Source: a virus
Lineage: Duplodnaviria; Caudoviricetes
IMG/VR virus record: IMGVR_UViG_3300026088_000015
Location: 1 to 64,000 of that record
Strand: one strand, 5' to 3'
DNA length: 64,000 nt
Below the pieces are notes generated by a model that worked only from the letters and a program-made list of their open reading frames with translations, was not told where the DNA came from and made no database searches. This document shows, in pieces, positions 1 to 8,908 of this stretch; within the stretch, counting starts at the first letter, position 1, and every line of letters begins with the position of its first letter. A program made the position numbers and the translations under genes.

Positions 1-407
1 CGTCGATCCCCGACAACTTCAACCCCACCGTGGGCGGGAGCCTGTACCTTGGCTCGCTGACCTCGATCCCCGAAAATTTCAACCCCACCGTGGGCGGGGG
101 CCTGAACCTTAGCTCGCTGACCTCGATACCCGACAACTTCAACCCCACCGTGGGCGGGAGCCTGTACCTTCACTCGCTGACCTCGATACCCGACAACTTC
201 AACCCCACCGTGGGCGGGGGCCTGGACCTTAGTTCGCTGACCTCGATCCCCGAGAATTTCAACCCCACCGTGGGCGGGAGCCTGTACCTTGGCTCGCTGA
301 CGTCGATCCCCGAAAATTTCAACCCCACCGTGGGCGGGGACCTGTACCTTGGCTCGCTGACCTCGATCCCCGAGAATTTCAACCCCACCGTGGGCGGGTA
401 CCTGTAT
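1..407 (+). repeat. 60-bp coding tandem repeat, about 6.8 copies visible, continuing upstream of the window
   Basis: Successive 60-nt sequence lines are near-identical (c(c/g)tcgat(c/a)cccga...aaccccaccgtgggcggg...). The first unit is 39/60 G+C. Confidence 0.97.
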
Positions 408-905
408 TGGAAAAACGGCAACAAGCACATCGGGGCAACAGTGGCGCTGCCGAAGATCAACCGCAACTTTTTCTGGGAAAAGAACGACAAGATTTACGCT
501 TACATCGACGGTATCTTCTGCGAAGTTTTGAGCGAGAAGCAGCAGACGATCAACGAAGAGACGTTCAAAATTTATTCTGCAAAAAAGGTTAACAGAGACG
601 AGCATTTCTTCGTGGTAAACAAGGGGGAATATTACGCCCATGGGGAAGATCTACAGAAAGCATTTGGAGATTTGCAGTTCAAGATCGTAGCAGAAAAGCT
701 TAAGAATGAGCCAATTGATAAGGACACGATGATCACAGTGAATCACTATAGGCTGCTCACGGGGTCGTGCGAAATGGGCGTCAAGAGTTGGATGGAGCAA
801 AATAAAATCACCAAGGAGGTGATGCGGGCCGATGAGCTGCTCCCGTTGCTTAAGAAAACGAATGCCTATGGAGTGGAGAAATTTGAGAAATTAGTGAGGT
901 TTTAA
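3..905 (+). CDS. 5'-truncated LRR-like tandem-repeat protein with conserved phage C-terminal domain
   Basis: The frame is open from the window edge, and the track start at 30 is an internal GTG (Val of PTVGG). 20-aa repeats LTSIPENFNPTVGGxLxLxS are followed by a non-repeat domain (YAHGEDL...YRLLTGSCEMG). Confidence 0.8.
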   Translation, partial: SIPDNFNPTVGGSLYLGSLTSIPENFNPTVGGGLNLSSLTSIPDNFNPTVGGSLYLHSLTSIPDNFNPTVGGGLDLSSLTSIPENFNPTVGGSLYLGSLTSIPENFNPTVGGDLYLGSLTSIPENFNPTVGGYLYWKNGNKHIGATVALPKINRNFFWEKNDKIYAYIDGIFCEVLSEKQQTINEETFKIYSAKKVNRDEHFFVVNKGEYYAHGEDLQKAFGDLQFKIVAEKLKNEPIDKDTMITVNHYRLLTGSCEMGVKSWMEQNKITKEVMRADELLPLLKKTNAYGVEKFEKLVRF

Positions 906-915
906 AAAAAATATT

Positions 916-1131
916 ATGGCAAATCAATCAGAATACGACAAAGTGAGAGCTTACCTCCTTTCTGGGAACAAGCTTACCCACAAGAAATGTGAGAGGTTAT
1001 TTAATGTCTCCAGGCTTGCTGTAGTAGTGGAAAGAATGAGGAAGAGTGGTATTAAGGTGGTAACTGAAATGATCACTACTCCAGTTAGTAAAAAGAAGAT
1101 AGGGGAGTATTATGTCGAAAATAAAACCTAG
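916..1131 (+). CDS. small helix-turn-helix protein (HTH_39-like)
   Basis: VRAYLLSGNKLTHKKCERLFNVSRLAVVVERMRKSG matches the pattern of small phage wHTH proteins. Confidence 0.65.
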   Translation: MANQSEYDKVRAYLLSGNKLTHKKCERLFNVSRLAVVVERMRKSGIKVVTEMITTPVSKKKIGEYYVENKT

Positions 1132-1294
1132 TCTCATAAGAAGGGCTACATGGAAGAAAAAATGGTTCTATTTATCTGATACCGATGAATGGTTTTCTCC
1201 ATCCCAAATAAGAAGACTTGTTCATTTAGAACATAAAATAGGGAGATTTATTCTTCGATACCCAAGAGAAATGTTAATTAACTATAATAAATGA
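1112..1294 (+). CDS. hypothetical protein
   Basis: Fills the gap between neighbours, with ATGA overlap to the next ORF. Confidence 0.45.
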   Translation: MSKIKPSLIRRATWKKKWFYLSDTDEWFSPSQIRRLVHLEHKIGRFILRYPREMLINYNK

Positions 1295-1986
1295 GAATAC
1301 CTAAGAATATAGTTTTAGTAAAGCTGGAGAAGAAATCAGAGAATGAATACATTTTCGGAAACGGACATGTAATTCACCTGATGGTAGAACTCGATGCTCA
1401 CAAAGATGGGTCTTACAACCCTAACAATTACGTAAGGATTTTCGGAGAAGTGGTAGCTATACCAGACAGGCTCGGCAAAGGAGGAAAAGATGAGTCCGAG
1501 CCTGTGGTATGGTTCAACGATGCTCCTAAATATATAGATTCAATTGTAGAAGAAGTCCAGGTAGGAGATAGGATCTACTTCTATTACACGCAAATAAGCG
1601 AACATAATATTCTGGAATGGGAGGGAGGTCTTTATTATAAAGTTCCCTATACTCAAATCATCTGTGCCATCAGGGACAATGAAATGATCATGATCGGAGG
1701 ACATATTCTACTAAAACCATACTATGGAGAAGGAATAGTAGAAGAAAATATAGCTGGACATAGAGTGTTCGGTAAAATGACTTCCTTTGGAGTTTTCATG
1801 CCTGTAGCTAAGCCAGAGGAAAGGAAAGGAATAGTTGCCCATGTGGGCACTCCATTGATCGGAGATGAGGCTAATTTAGCCATAGGAGACCTTTGTTATT
1901 TCCCAGTAAACTATGATGTAAAAACTACCATTGAGGGAGTTGAATATTATACAATGCGTCAACACGAAATACTTTGTACTTTATGA
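1291..1986 (+). CDS. phage co-chaperonin with two tandem GroES (Cpn10)-like domains
   Basis: Two GroES-type motif sets: NIVLVK...GEVVAIP...VQVGDRIYF...VPYTQIICAI and GHILLKP...GIVAHVG...LAIGDLCYF...IEGVEYYTMRQHEIL. Confidence 0.75.
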   Translation: MRIPKNIVLVKLEKKSENEYIFGNGHVIHLMVELDAHKDGSYNPNNYVRIFGEVVAIPDRLGKGGKDESEPVVWFNDAPKYIDSIVEEVQVGDRIYFYYTQISEHNILEWEGGLYYKVPYTQIICAIRDNEMIMIGGHILLKPYYGEGIVEENIAGHRVFGKMTSFGVFMPVAKPEERKGIVAHVGTPLIGDEANLAIGDLCYFPVNYDVKTTIEGVEYYTMRQHEILCTL

Positions 1987-2129
1987 GAAAAACGATCATT
2001 ATTGTAATGGCATTATATGCTTTTTTATGGGCAACTGTTCTGTTAGTAAGTTGTGTTAAATCTGGACACAAGCATCAACCATGGCACAATGGATCTTCTA
2101 ATCTTGGAGGGAAGCGATACAAGAAATGA
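1983..2129 (+). CDS. 48-aa putative lipoprotein (absent from the ORF track)
   Basis: Hand translation MRKTIIIVMALYAFLWATVLLVSCVKSGHKHQPWHNGSSNLGGKRYKK, with lipobox LVSC and ATGA overlaps on both sides. Confidence 0.6.
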   Translation: MRKTIIIVMALYAFLWATVLLVSCVKSGHKHQPWHNGSSNLGGKRYKK

Positions 2130-2668
2130 AGATATGGTTTAATATGCCCTGGTCTCAAGAAAAGAACATTGGGAAGGCTTACAATGAGTTTATGGAACTT
2201 CTGCCAGAAGAAGACTATGCTTGCTTCTGCGATGGGGATACGATGTTCCTGACAAGTAACTATGGCACTCAGTTATATGACATAGTTAAGAAATATCCAG
2301 AATGTGAAATATTTACCTGTAAGACTAATAGGATAGGTTGTATATATCAGCGCGAGCCTGAGATGTGGTGGGAAAATAATATTCTAATGCACGATGAGAA
2401 AGCTGCCCTATTAAGCATTGAAAAATATGATCAGGTAAAAGACATTACTGCATTTGGGACTGACGATCCCATGGGAGGCGTAATGATCCTAATATCCAAA
2501 AGAGCTTGGAGAACTATCGGAGGATTTAAAGATGGTATGCTTGGGGTGGACAATGATATTCACTGGAAGGCTATATCCAAAGGAGAGAAGGTTTACTTAA
2601 TGGAAGGAGTTTATCTTTTCCATAAATACAGAAATGGATATGCTAAAAATAATCAACATTTAATATAG
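2126..2668 (+). CDS. GT-A fold (GT2-like) glycosyltransferase
   Basis: KNIGKAYNEFM...DYACFCDGDTMFL (DxD), GGVMILISK, GMLGVDNDI, GVYLFH. Confidence 0.7.
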   Translation: MKIWFNMPWSQEKNIGKAYNEFMELLPEEDYACFCDGDTMFLTSNYGTQLYDIVKKYPECEIFTCKTNRIGCIYQREPEMWWENNILMHDEKAALLSIEKYDQVKDITAFGTDDPMGGVMILISKRAWRTIGGFKDGMLGVDNDIHWKAISKGEKVYLMEGVYLFHKYRNGYAKNNQHLI

Positions 2669-2669
2669 T

Positions 2670-2930
2670 ATGAATGATAAAATAGATACAGTGGGCGCAG
2701 CATTTCCTATTGCTTATACGGAATCAAGTTTTGGAAATCAAAATCCATTAATGCCAGAAACTGGGATGACATTGAGAGACTATTTTGCAGCATCAGCAAT
2801 GCAAGCCTTGATTAACAAAACTAAAAATGATGCGGTTAGTAACCATGGCACACAATGCCAAGATGAAATTGCGAATGACGCATTTAAAATTGCCGATGCT
2901 ATGTTAAGACAAAGAGAAATTAATTACTAA
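2670..2930 (+). CDS. conserved phage hypothetical protein
   Basis: AFP...GMTLRDYFAASAMQAL...AFKIADAML motif, common in phages. Confidence 0.75.
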   Translation: MNDKIDTVGAAFPIAYTESSFGNQNPLMPETGMTLRDYFAASAMQALINKTKNDAVSNHGTQCQDEIANDAFKIADAMLRQREINY

Positions 2931-3607
2931 TGAAAATAATCTTCACTGCCATCATCGGCAATTATGATCGCCTTAAAGAACCAGTAGTATATACTCCAGG
3001 ATGGGAATATATCTGCTTCACAGATACTCCTGACCTAGTTTCTGAAGTATGGACTATTGTAGATATTAGCGATCATCCAGCACTCCAAGGATTAGATGAT
3101 ATTCGGAAAGCTAGATACATAAAAATAAACTTTCATAAATTCATAAAGGCAGAATATTCTATTTGGCACGATGCCTCAATGTGGATCATGTGTAACTTAG
3201 ATGAATTCTGGTCGAATTATTATCACAATCAATTTACTATACTTCAGCATCCAGATAGGGACTGTGCTTACAATGAAGTAACGGCCTGCATGAGGCTCAG
3301 GAAGGATAGCAATGAGGTCATGACCAAACAGATGAACTTCTACTGGAAACAAGGGTTTCCTATGAATATAGGACTTGCTGCAAGTGGAATAATTCTTAGA
3401 AAAAGAAACAAGCATACTATAGAATTCTGCGAGAACTGGTTTGATGAAATAAGAAGACATTCTACTCGCGATCAATTAAGTTTCAACTACACCGCATGGC
3501 ACAATGAGTTTAGTTTCTCATACATACCATTCTATACAATATTTAGTCACTTCATGTTAAATAAACACAATGCAAGACCAATTACACAAAATAGAGCTGA
3601 AGGCTGA
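2930..3607 (+). CDS. DUF616 (TOD1/MUCI70-like) glycosyltransferase
   Basis: IFTAIIGNYD.LKEP, YICFTD, ARYIK, IWHDAS, HPDRDCAYNE, SGIILR, W..EI...STRDQLSFNY. Confidence 0.8.
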   Translation: MKIIFTAIIGNYDRLKEPVVYTPGWEYICFTDTPDLVSEVWTIVDISDHPALQGLDDIRKARYIKINFHKFIKAEYSIWHDASMWIMCNLDEFWSNYYHNQFTILQHPDRDCAYNEVTACMRLRKDSNEVMTKQMNFYWKQGFPMNIGLAASGIILRKRNKHTIEFCENWFDEIRRHSTRDQLSFNYTAWHNEFSFSYIPFYTIFSHFMLNKHNARPITQNRAEG

Positions 3608-4301
3608 AGAGCGCCCACAAAGATTTGATGTTATCAATGGACTTATCAAGGCTATGGGATATAAAAGATACCTAGAGATTGGTGTTCAAAATGGCGAGTG
3701 CTTCAAGAAAATTCAATGTGAATATAAGGTAGGAGTAGATCCTTCGGAGTATTCCAAGGCTACAATATTCCAAACTTCAAATCAATTCTTTAATGATAAT
3801 ATTGAGATGTTTGATATTATTTTCTTGGATGGACTTCATGAGAAAGATCAAGTATTGATGGATATTCAGAATTCTCTTAAGTTCCTTAAGGCCAATGGTA
3901 CTATAGTGTTACATGACTGTAATCCAGAATCAGTAGAGGCACAAACAGTTCCTCGCATGAATAGAGTATGGAATGGCGATGTTTGGAAAGCTTGGGTAAC
4001 CCTTAGAAGAAAAGAGCCATTTCTCGATATGTGTGTGCTAAATATGGATCATGGAATTGGCCTTCTTAAGCCGGGGAAACAAGATCTGATAGATTATACT
4101 GAAGAATCAGAACTGGCACTACACACTAAAGTCGATTACTTTGATCTAAATGACGATGCAACAGAAAAAGGATGGGAGAAATTCGACAAGGAGTGTTACG
4201 AAGCTCTTGACCGAAACAGAAAAGAATGGCTCAATCTAACAACAGAGATTACACTTAAATATGATACCTATGAATCTGGAAGTAGCAATATTGATCATTA
4301 G
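3570..4301 (+). CDS. class I SAM-dependent methyltransferase (Methyltransf_24-like)
   Basis: YLEIGV, VGVDP, FDIIFLDGLH, GTIVLHDCNP, WNGDVWKA. Confidence 0.85.
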   Translation: MQDQLHKIELKAEERPQRFDVINGLIKAMGYKRYLEIGVQNGECFKKIQCEYKVGVDPSEYSKATIFQTSNQFFNDNIEMFDIIFLDGLHEKDQVLMDIQNSLKFLKANGTIVLHDCNPESVEAQTVPRMNRVWNGDVWKAWVTLRRKEPFLDMCVLNMDHGIGLLKPGKQDLIDYTEESELALHTKVDYFDLNDDATEKGWEKFDKECYEALDRNRKEWLNLTTEITLKYDTYESGSSNIDH

Positions 4302-4506
4302 TATTTCAACAGTACTTTATACGGCTTTCATTATAAGCAACAAAGAGCATTATAAATTGTACAGAAAATGGAAAGGCGGCATCTGGTATCAATATGAATG
4401 GCCAGAAATCCCTTACAGATACTGGACCCAAGAAATTCAACCATTGGACAAACACATAAAAACTGAAAACTATGATCCACGCCAAGGAAGCCCAGCTATT
4501 GTATGA
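4261..4506 (+). CDS. hypothetical protein with N-terminal TM segment
   Basis: Hydrophobic N-terminus, within the co-oriented operon. Confidence 0.5.
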   Translation: MIPMNLEVAILIISISTVLYTAFIISNKEHYKLYRKWKGGIWYQYEWPEIPYRYWTQEIQPLDKHIKTENYDPRQGSPAIV

Positions 4507-4699
4507 CCTATCGATTAACAGTGACTTATTTCTTATCGATTCACTGATAAGAAATGCTGCCTGTAATGGTCTCAAGCAAATAAAATATAATGTAGCGGAT
4601 ATCGCCACCCATCATAGATATATCGATATCATGCTAGATAGTGGATACATGGTAAAATCAAGTAAGACAGAAGCTGAAATAACTATTTCATGGGAGTAA
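4472..4699 (+). CDS. hypothetical protein
   Basis: Operon position only. Confidence 0.55.
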   Translation: MIHAKEAQLLYDLSINSDLFLIDSLIRNAACNGLKQIKYNVADIATHHRYIDIMLDSGYMVKSSKTEAEITISWE

Positions 4700-5016
4700 A
4701 GGATAATCATAGCTTGGCCATGGTGGCACTCATGGTACATGTTCACCAAGCCTCCAACTGGGCGCTTGTATTAAAAGATAAGGTAACAGGAGAAATGAAG
4801 TTCCGACTCAATGGAGGGCTAGGTCATTTTAATAAATTATGCAATGACCTTGAGAAAAATGCAGACGAAAGTTTAAATGATCTTTATGATCGCGGAAACA
4901 CTATTGATCGTCTCTTATCCTTATCCATGGATGACCCTAAAAAATATAATGAAATAATTGATCTGATACAGATGCACTTAAATAATGAACTTACTATACT
5001 AGATCAGAAACCTTAG
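4690..5016 (+). CDS. hypothetical protein
   Basis: Operon position only. Confidence 0.55.
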   Translation: MGVKDNHSLAMVALMVHVHQASNWALVLKDKVTGEMKFRLNGGLGHFNKLCNDLEKNADESLNDLYDRGNTIDRLLSLSMDDPKKYNEIIDLIQMHLNNELTILDQKP

Positions 5017-5043
5017 TTTTATTGAATTATTATTGTATATTTA
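5017..5043 (+). promoter_or_regulatory. repeated promoter/operator motif, copy 1
   Basis: TTTTATTGAATTATTATTGTA is identical to 10477-10497 and ends in TATATTTA, a variant of the Bacteroidota -7 element TAnnTTTG. It lies immediately before an ORF start. Confidence 0.65.
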
Positions 5044-5044
5044 A

Positions 5045-5707
5045 ATGATGAAAATAGCTGTAGTAACTGTTAATATTGGAGAGATAGATGATGTGAAGCC
5101 TATTCCATCACAGAGCATAGGATATGATTATTTCTGCTTCACAGATAGCAATCTTCCGTTCCCAATGAGTGGGCTTGACAATAGAATGAAATCTAAGTAT
5201 CTAAAAACTCAACTCCATAGAATACTTCCAGATTATGATATGTATATCTACTTAGATGGTAGAGTAGAGGTGGTATCAGAAGGGTTCGTAAAAGAATTCG
5301 CTGATGCTATCGAGCAGGAGGCTGAAATAGTTTGCTATGCTCATAATGATCGCGATAATGTCTATGAGGAAATCGAATACATTATAAACGCTATCGAAGA
5401 CGGAAAAGAATACCTTAAAGTTAGGTATGGTCACCAGGATCTTCAATCAGAGGTTGATTTCTTCAGAAGAGAAAATGTTCCTAATGATTGTAGGCTTTTA
5501 AGGGCTACAGTATTCGGCATTGGAAATAATTATCATACCAACAAGGTGATGGATGAGTGGTGGGCCAAGTGCTGTCAGTTTACAAACTTCGATCAGGCTA
5601 TGTTTTCATACATAGTATGGCTACATTTCAATGGAAAGAAGAGTGTCAAATTAATTGAGACTGACAATGAATTCTTCCAGTATAATAAACACATAAAAAT
5701 AGCATGA
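5045..5707 (+). CDS. second DUF616-like glycosyltransferase
   Basis: YFCFTD, SKYLK, YIYLDG, HNDRDNVYEE, W...FTNFDQAMFSY. Confidence 0.75.
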   Translation: MMKIAVVTVNIGEIDDVKPIPSQSIGYDYFCFTDSNLPFPMSGLDNRMKSKYLKTQLHRILPDYDMYIYLDGRVEVVSEGFVKEFADAIEQEAEIVCYAHNDRDNVYEEIEYIINAIEDGKEYLKVRYGHQDLQSEVDFFRRENVPNDCRLLRATVFGIGNNYHTNKVMDEWWAKCCQFTNFDQAMFSYIVWLHFNGKKSVKLIETDNEFFQYNKHIKIA

Positions 5708-6459
5708 TAAACATATCTACGGAGCAGGCTTTTGGAATAATAATGAGTCATCTAAATAGGAAAATACCATTCTGCCTAACCAGATTTGGTGATGGAGAAG
5801 CGATGTTCCTTAAGGGGAACAAAGATCAGGTTGACTTCGTAATGAAAAGACAACTTGGCTTTGTGCCGGACTACAAGGATCTTCAATTGATTACCAAGAA
5901 CCTGATGGACACTTATCATCTTAGCGACATGATTGGAGTGTCTACCCAGCGACATGTTGACAAGAAAGATTTCTGGGCTGAAGTTATTACGATCATAAAC
6001 GAGACTGGTATTTATGCTTCTGTAGATCACTATTGTAGTATAGATATTCACTACGACTTCCTGAAAGGCGGGTATTATGATATGATGCTTCAGGACACTG
6101 ATGAACTATACTACATATCTTGCCGTAACCTTGATCAGGAATTAAAAGATCACTTCAATATAAAAGAAGTTCATTCATTTATCATTCCTCCAGAGATGGC
6201 TTTCGAGTCTTCTTATGAAGGGGATAAGCACTACCCTGATGCTTTTCTAAAAGCTTCCGATTGGATAAGACAACATGGCAATGAAGGCAAACTACTTCTT
6301 GTGGGTGGTGGTATTGTTGGAAAGGCTTATTGTGCCAAGTGGGCAATGGAAGGTGGAGTTGCTATTGACATAGGCTCTATCTTCGATGAATTTGCAGGAA
6401 GAGTTACCAGAGGACAAGGAAGGGGTGTAGATGTTTACGATGAAACCAGAAAAATATAA
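5704..6459 (+). CDS. GT-D fold (DUF1792-like) glycosyltransferase
   Basis: PFCLTRFGDGE near the N-terminus and LLLVGGGIVGK...VAIDIGSIFD near the C-terminus. Confidence 0.7.
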   Translation: MINISTEQAFGIIMSHLNRKIPFCLTRFGDGEAMFLKGNKDQVDFVMKRQLGFVPDYKDLQLITKNLMDTYHLSDMIGVSTQRHVDKKDFWAEVITIINETGIYASVDHYCSIDIHYDFLKGGYYDMMLQDTDELYYISCRNLDQELKDHFNIKEVHSFIIPPEMAFESSYEGDKHYPDAFLKASDWIRQHGNEGKLLLVGGGIVGKAYCAKWAMEGGVAIDIGSIFDEFAGRVTRGQGRGVDVYDETRKI

Positions 6460-6869
6460 TGGAGAAAATATATTCAAGGACCAAGCTGGATACGCTTCTT
6501 CATATAATCGTGAAGAAAAAAGATTTTATCGACGGCAGACAAGACATTATTGATGCTGACCAATTTCTTCAGTGTTCAATGCTTGGGTTAAATAAAGGCA
6601 AGACATTCGCTCCACACGAACATATTTGGAAGGATGGCCCACAAAGAGTTATTGCTCAAGAGTCTTGGGTATGTATACATGGAAGCGTTAAGTGTATATT
6701 CTATGATCTGAACGGAGAGTTACTTGCAGAAAGAATCATAGAGGCCGGAGACGCATCGTTTACATTACAAGGTGGGCACAATTATGAATGTTTAGAAGAT
6801 GATTCACAGGTGCTGGAATTTAAGGTAGGTCCATATCAAGGACAAGAATTAGACAAAGTTTTTATATGA
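6459..6869 (+). CDS. WbuC-like cupin-fold protein
   Basis: PHEH, QESWVCIHGSVKCIFYD, GGHNYECLED, EFKVGPY. Confidence 0.75.
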   Translation: MEKIYSRTKLDTLLHIIVKKKDFIDGRQDIIDADQFLQCSMLGLNKGKTFAPHEHIWKDGPQRVIAQESWVCIHGSVKCIFYDLNGELLAERIIEAGDASFTLQGGHNYECLEDDSQVLEFKVGPYQGQELDKVFI

Positions 6870-7549
6870 AGGTAATAGTAACAACATCAAATCGCTACGG
6901 ACATTTATTACCCGTCTTCTGCTTCTTATTTAATAGGTTCTGGGGCTCAGATCAGCAAGTAGAAATAGTGGGATATAAAACGCCTACATGCGAACTTCCT
7001 GACAACTTCACATTTGTATCTCTTGGAGAACAGATAGGAGGGCCAGAGAATTTTAGTACAGACCTACGCGCATACTTTGAGTTACAGGATCAATACGTGA
7101 TTTGGTGTATGGAAGATTCGTTTTTTAAGGCTCCGGTAAACCATAGAAACATACGCTTGGCCACTCAATTCGCCATCGATGGTATGGGAGATCCAATAGG
7201 AAGAATAGGATTAACTAATGATAGCTATAAACAATATGATCAATTATATGGCGTAGTTGACTATGTAGACATTTATATGACTCCACAAAAATCAGAGTAC
7301 CGACTATCTACTCAACCAGCAATATGGAATCGAGATTATCTATTGAGATATATGACTCCAGGATTAAATCCATGGCAGTTCGAGTGTCAGGAGAAAGTAG
7401 AAGATGAATTCTTAAACTTATGCTTAGAAAAGAATGAAGCTCCGATCGCCTTCAATGAAGGAGTGCGCAAGTGGGATCTGTATGCTCTGAATTTAGAAGG
7501 AATACCAGAAGAAGTTATTAATGAAATGAAACAACTAGAGATATTATGA
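6866..7549 (+). CDS. putative GT-A-like glycosyltransferase
   Basis: VIVTTSNRY, YVIWCMEDSFF, YRLSTQPAIWNRDYL, PWQFE, a pattern seen in polysaccharide-locus proteins. Confidence 0.5.
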   Translation: MKVIVTTSNRYGHLLPVFCFLFNRFWGSDQQVEIVGYKTPTCELPDNFTFVSLGEQIGGPENFSTDLRAYFELQDQYVIWCMEDSFFKAPVNHRNIRLATQFAIDGMGDPIGRIGLTNDSYKQYDQLYGVVDYVDIYMTPQKSEYRLSTQPAIWNRDYLLRYMTPGLNPWQFECQEKVEDEFLNLCLEKNEAPIAFNEGVRKWDLYALNLEGIPEEVINEMKQLEIL

Positions 7550-8082
7550 AATTACATATCGGATGCGGGAAACGTTACTTCGGCAAGGATTGGATTCATA
7601 TTGATGGAGGAACTTTTGACCATGTAACAAGTCATAGCATATACTGTGAATACGTGCCAGACAATTCAGTTGATGTTATTTATGCGTCACATTTAATTGC
7701 ATATCTCAGCGAAGATGAATTTTCTTACTTACTTAATTGCTGGAAAAGAGTACTGAAAGAAGGGGGTACCTTACGATTAGCTACGCCAGACTTTGATGCA
7801 CTTGCCGAGATATACGTATGGACTCATAGTATAAAAATGATTGAAGGTCCGCTATACGGAAAAATGAAAATGGGAGACAAGACTATATATCACAAAAAGG
7901 TTTATGACTTCAACTCTCTGGCTACCGTGCTTCATAAAGCTGGATTTAAGGATACAAGACTCTACAACTGGAGAGAGACTGAACATGCTCACATAGATGA
8001 TCACAGCCAAGCATATATGCTTCCAGATAGAGATAAAGAAAAAGGAACACTAATTAGCTTAAATGTCGAGTGTGTCAAATAG
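7546..8082 (+). CDS. SAM-dependent methyltransferase (Methyltransf_11-like)
   Basis: KLHIGCG, WIHID, VDVIYASH, RVLKEGGTLRLATPD. Confidence 0.85.
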   Translation: MKLHIGCGKRYFGKDWIHIDGGTFDHVTSHSIYCEYVPDNSVDVIYASHLIAYLSEDEFSYLLNCWKRVLKEGGTLRLATPDFDALAEIYVWTHSIKMIEGPLYGKMKMGDKTIYHKKVYDFNSLATVLHKAGFKDTRLYNWRETEHAHIDDHSQAYMLPDRDKEKGTLISLNVECVK

Positions 8083-8908
8083 CCTACGGTGTACAGTTTG
8101 CGGTTGCCACTCCAGCGAAGAAGATTGGCACAAAGAAGATGTTCCATGTTCAGTATGTGGACATCATGAAGCGATAAAGTGCCCATTCTGTGAAGAAATA
8201 TTTGACATATCATATATACAAGACCATGAAAAAAGAGTGAAAATGAAGGAGATTTCAAAAGAGTACATTAAAGAATTAATAGGGCATGATCAATGTTTTG
8301 TACTGGATGTAGGATGTTATACTGGTTCGGACGGAGCTGAAATAGCAGAGTTAATGCCCAAGTGTGAAGTAGTTTGTTTTGAAGCTGATCCGCGCTCACA
8401 ACAACTTTTCGATAAGTTCAATGGCAATAACAAAAAGATGATTCTTTATCCTATGGCCATGGGAAATGTAGACGGACCTATAGACTTTTATCCAAGCTAT
8501 AGTGATACTCGTAGACACTTCGACTTCCAAGAAAGTTGGTCAGCCAGCGGCTCTACTAAGAAAGCCAAGGAGCATCTTAACTTATTCCCCGATGTAGAGT
8601 TTAATGGATCAATAAAGGTTCCTTGCGTTAAGCTAGATACTTGGTATGCTTTTCATGCCTTCCCTCGTCCTATAGACTTCGCATGGGTAGACCTTAATGG
8701 ATCAGAAGAAGATTTTATTTTAGGAGGGATAAATACACTCAGTAATCATACCAGATTCTTATACATAGAATTCAGCGATAAGGAATTGTATGAAGGACAG
8801 ATTACCAAGAAGAAGATCCTGGAAATGCTTCCTAATTTTATTCTTATTGATATATTCAACTTGGGTGAGAACTTTGGAAATCTATTACTTAAAAATACCA
8901 AGATATGA
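8063..8908 (+). CDS. FkbM-family methyltransferase with in-frame N-terminal Cys-rich extension (alternative ATG at 8243)
   Basis: VLDVGCYTG, VCFEADP, PCVKLD, IDFAWVDLNGSE, FLYIEF. The first 60 aa contain three CxxC motifs. Confidence 0.8.
   Translation: MSSVSNSLRCTVCGCHSSEEDWHKEDVPCSVCGHHEAIKCPFCEEIFDISYIQDHEKRVKMKEISKEYIKELIGHDQCFVLDVGCYTGSDGAEIAELMPKCEVVCFEADPRSQQLFDKFNGNNKKMILYPMAMGNVDGPIDFYPSYSDTRRHFDFQESWSASGSTKKAKEHLNLFPDVEFNGSIKVPCVKLDTWYAFHAFPRPIDFAWVDLNGSEEDFILGGINTLSNHTRFLYIEFSDKELYEGQITKKKILEMLPNFILIDIFNLGENFGNLLLKNTKI

Noticed and set aside
1-407. 60-bp repeats as a CRISPR array
   Set aside because: The units are contiguous with no unique spacers, are a multiple of 3 and are in frame within a protein. 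No cas genes are present.
1-407. Repeats as a DGR variable region
   Set aside because: No RT, Avd or template repeat is in the window. Adenines in the invariant aac ccc acc codons are never changed, and some variants (agt, tat, gac/gaa/gag) are not explained by A-only mutagenesis. Kept only as an open possibility for the unseen upstream sequence.
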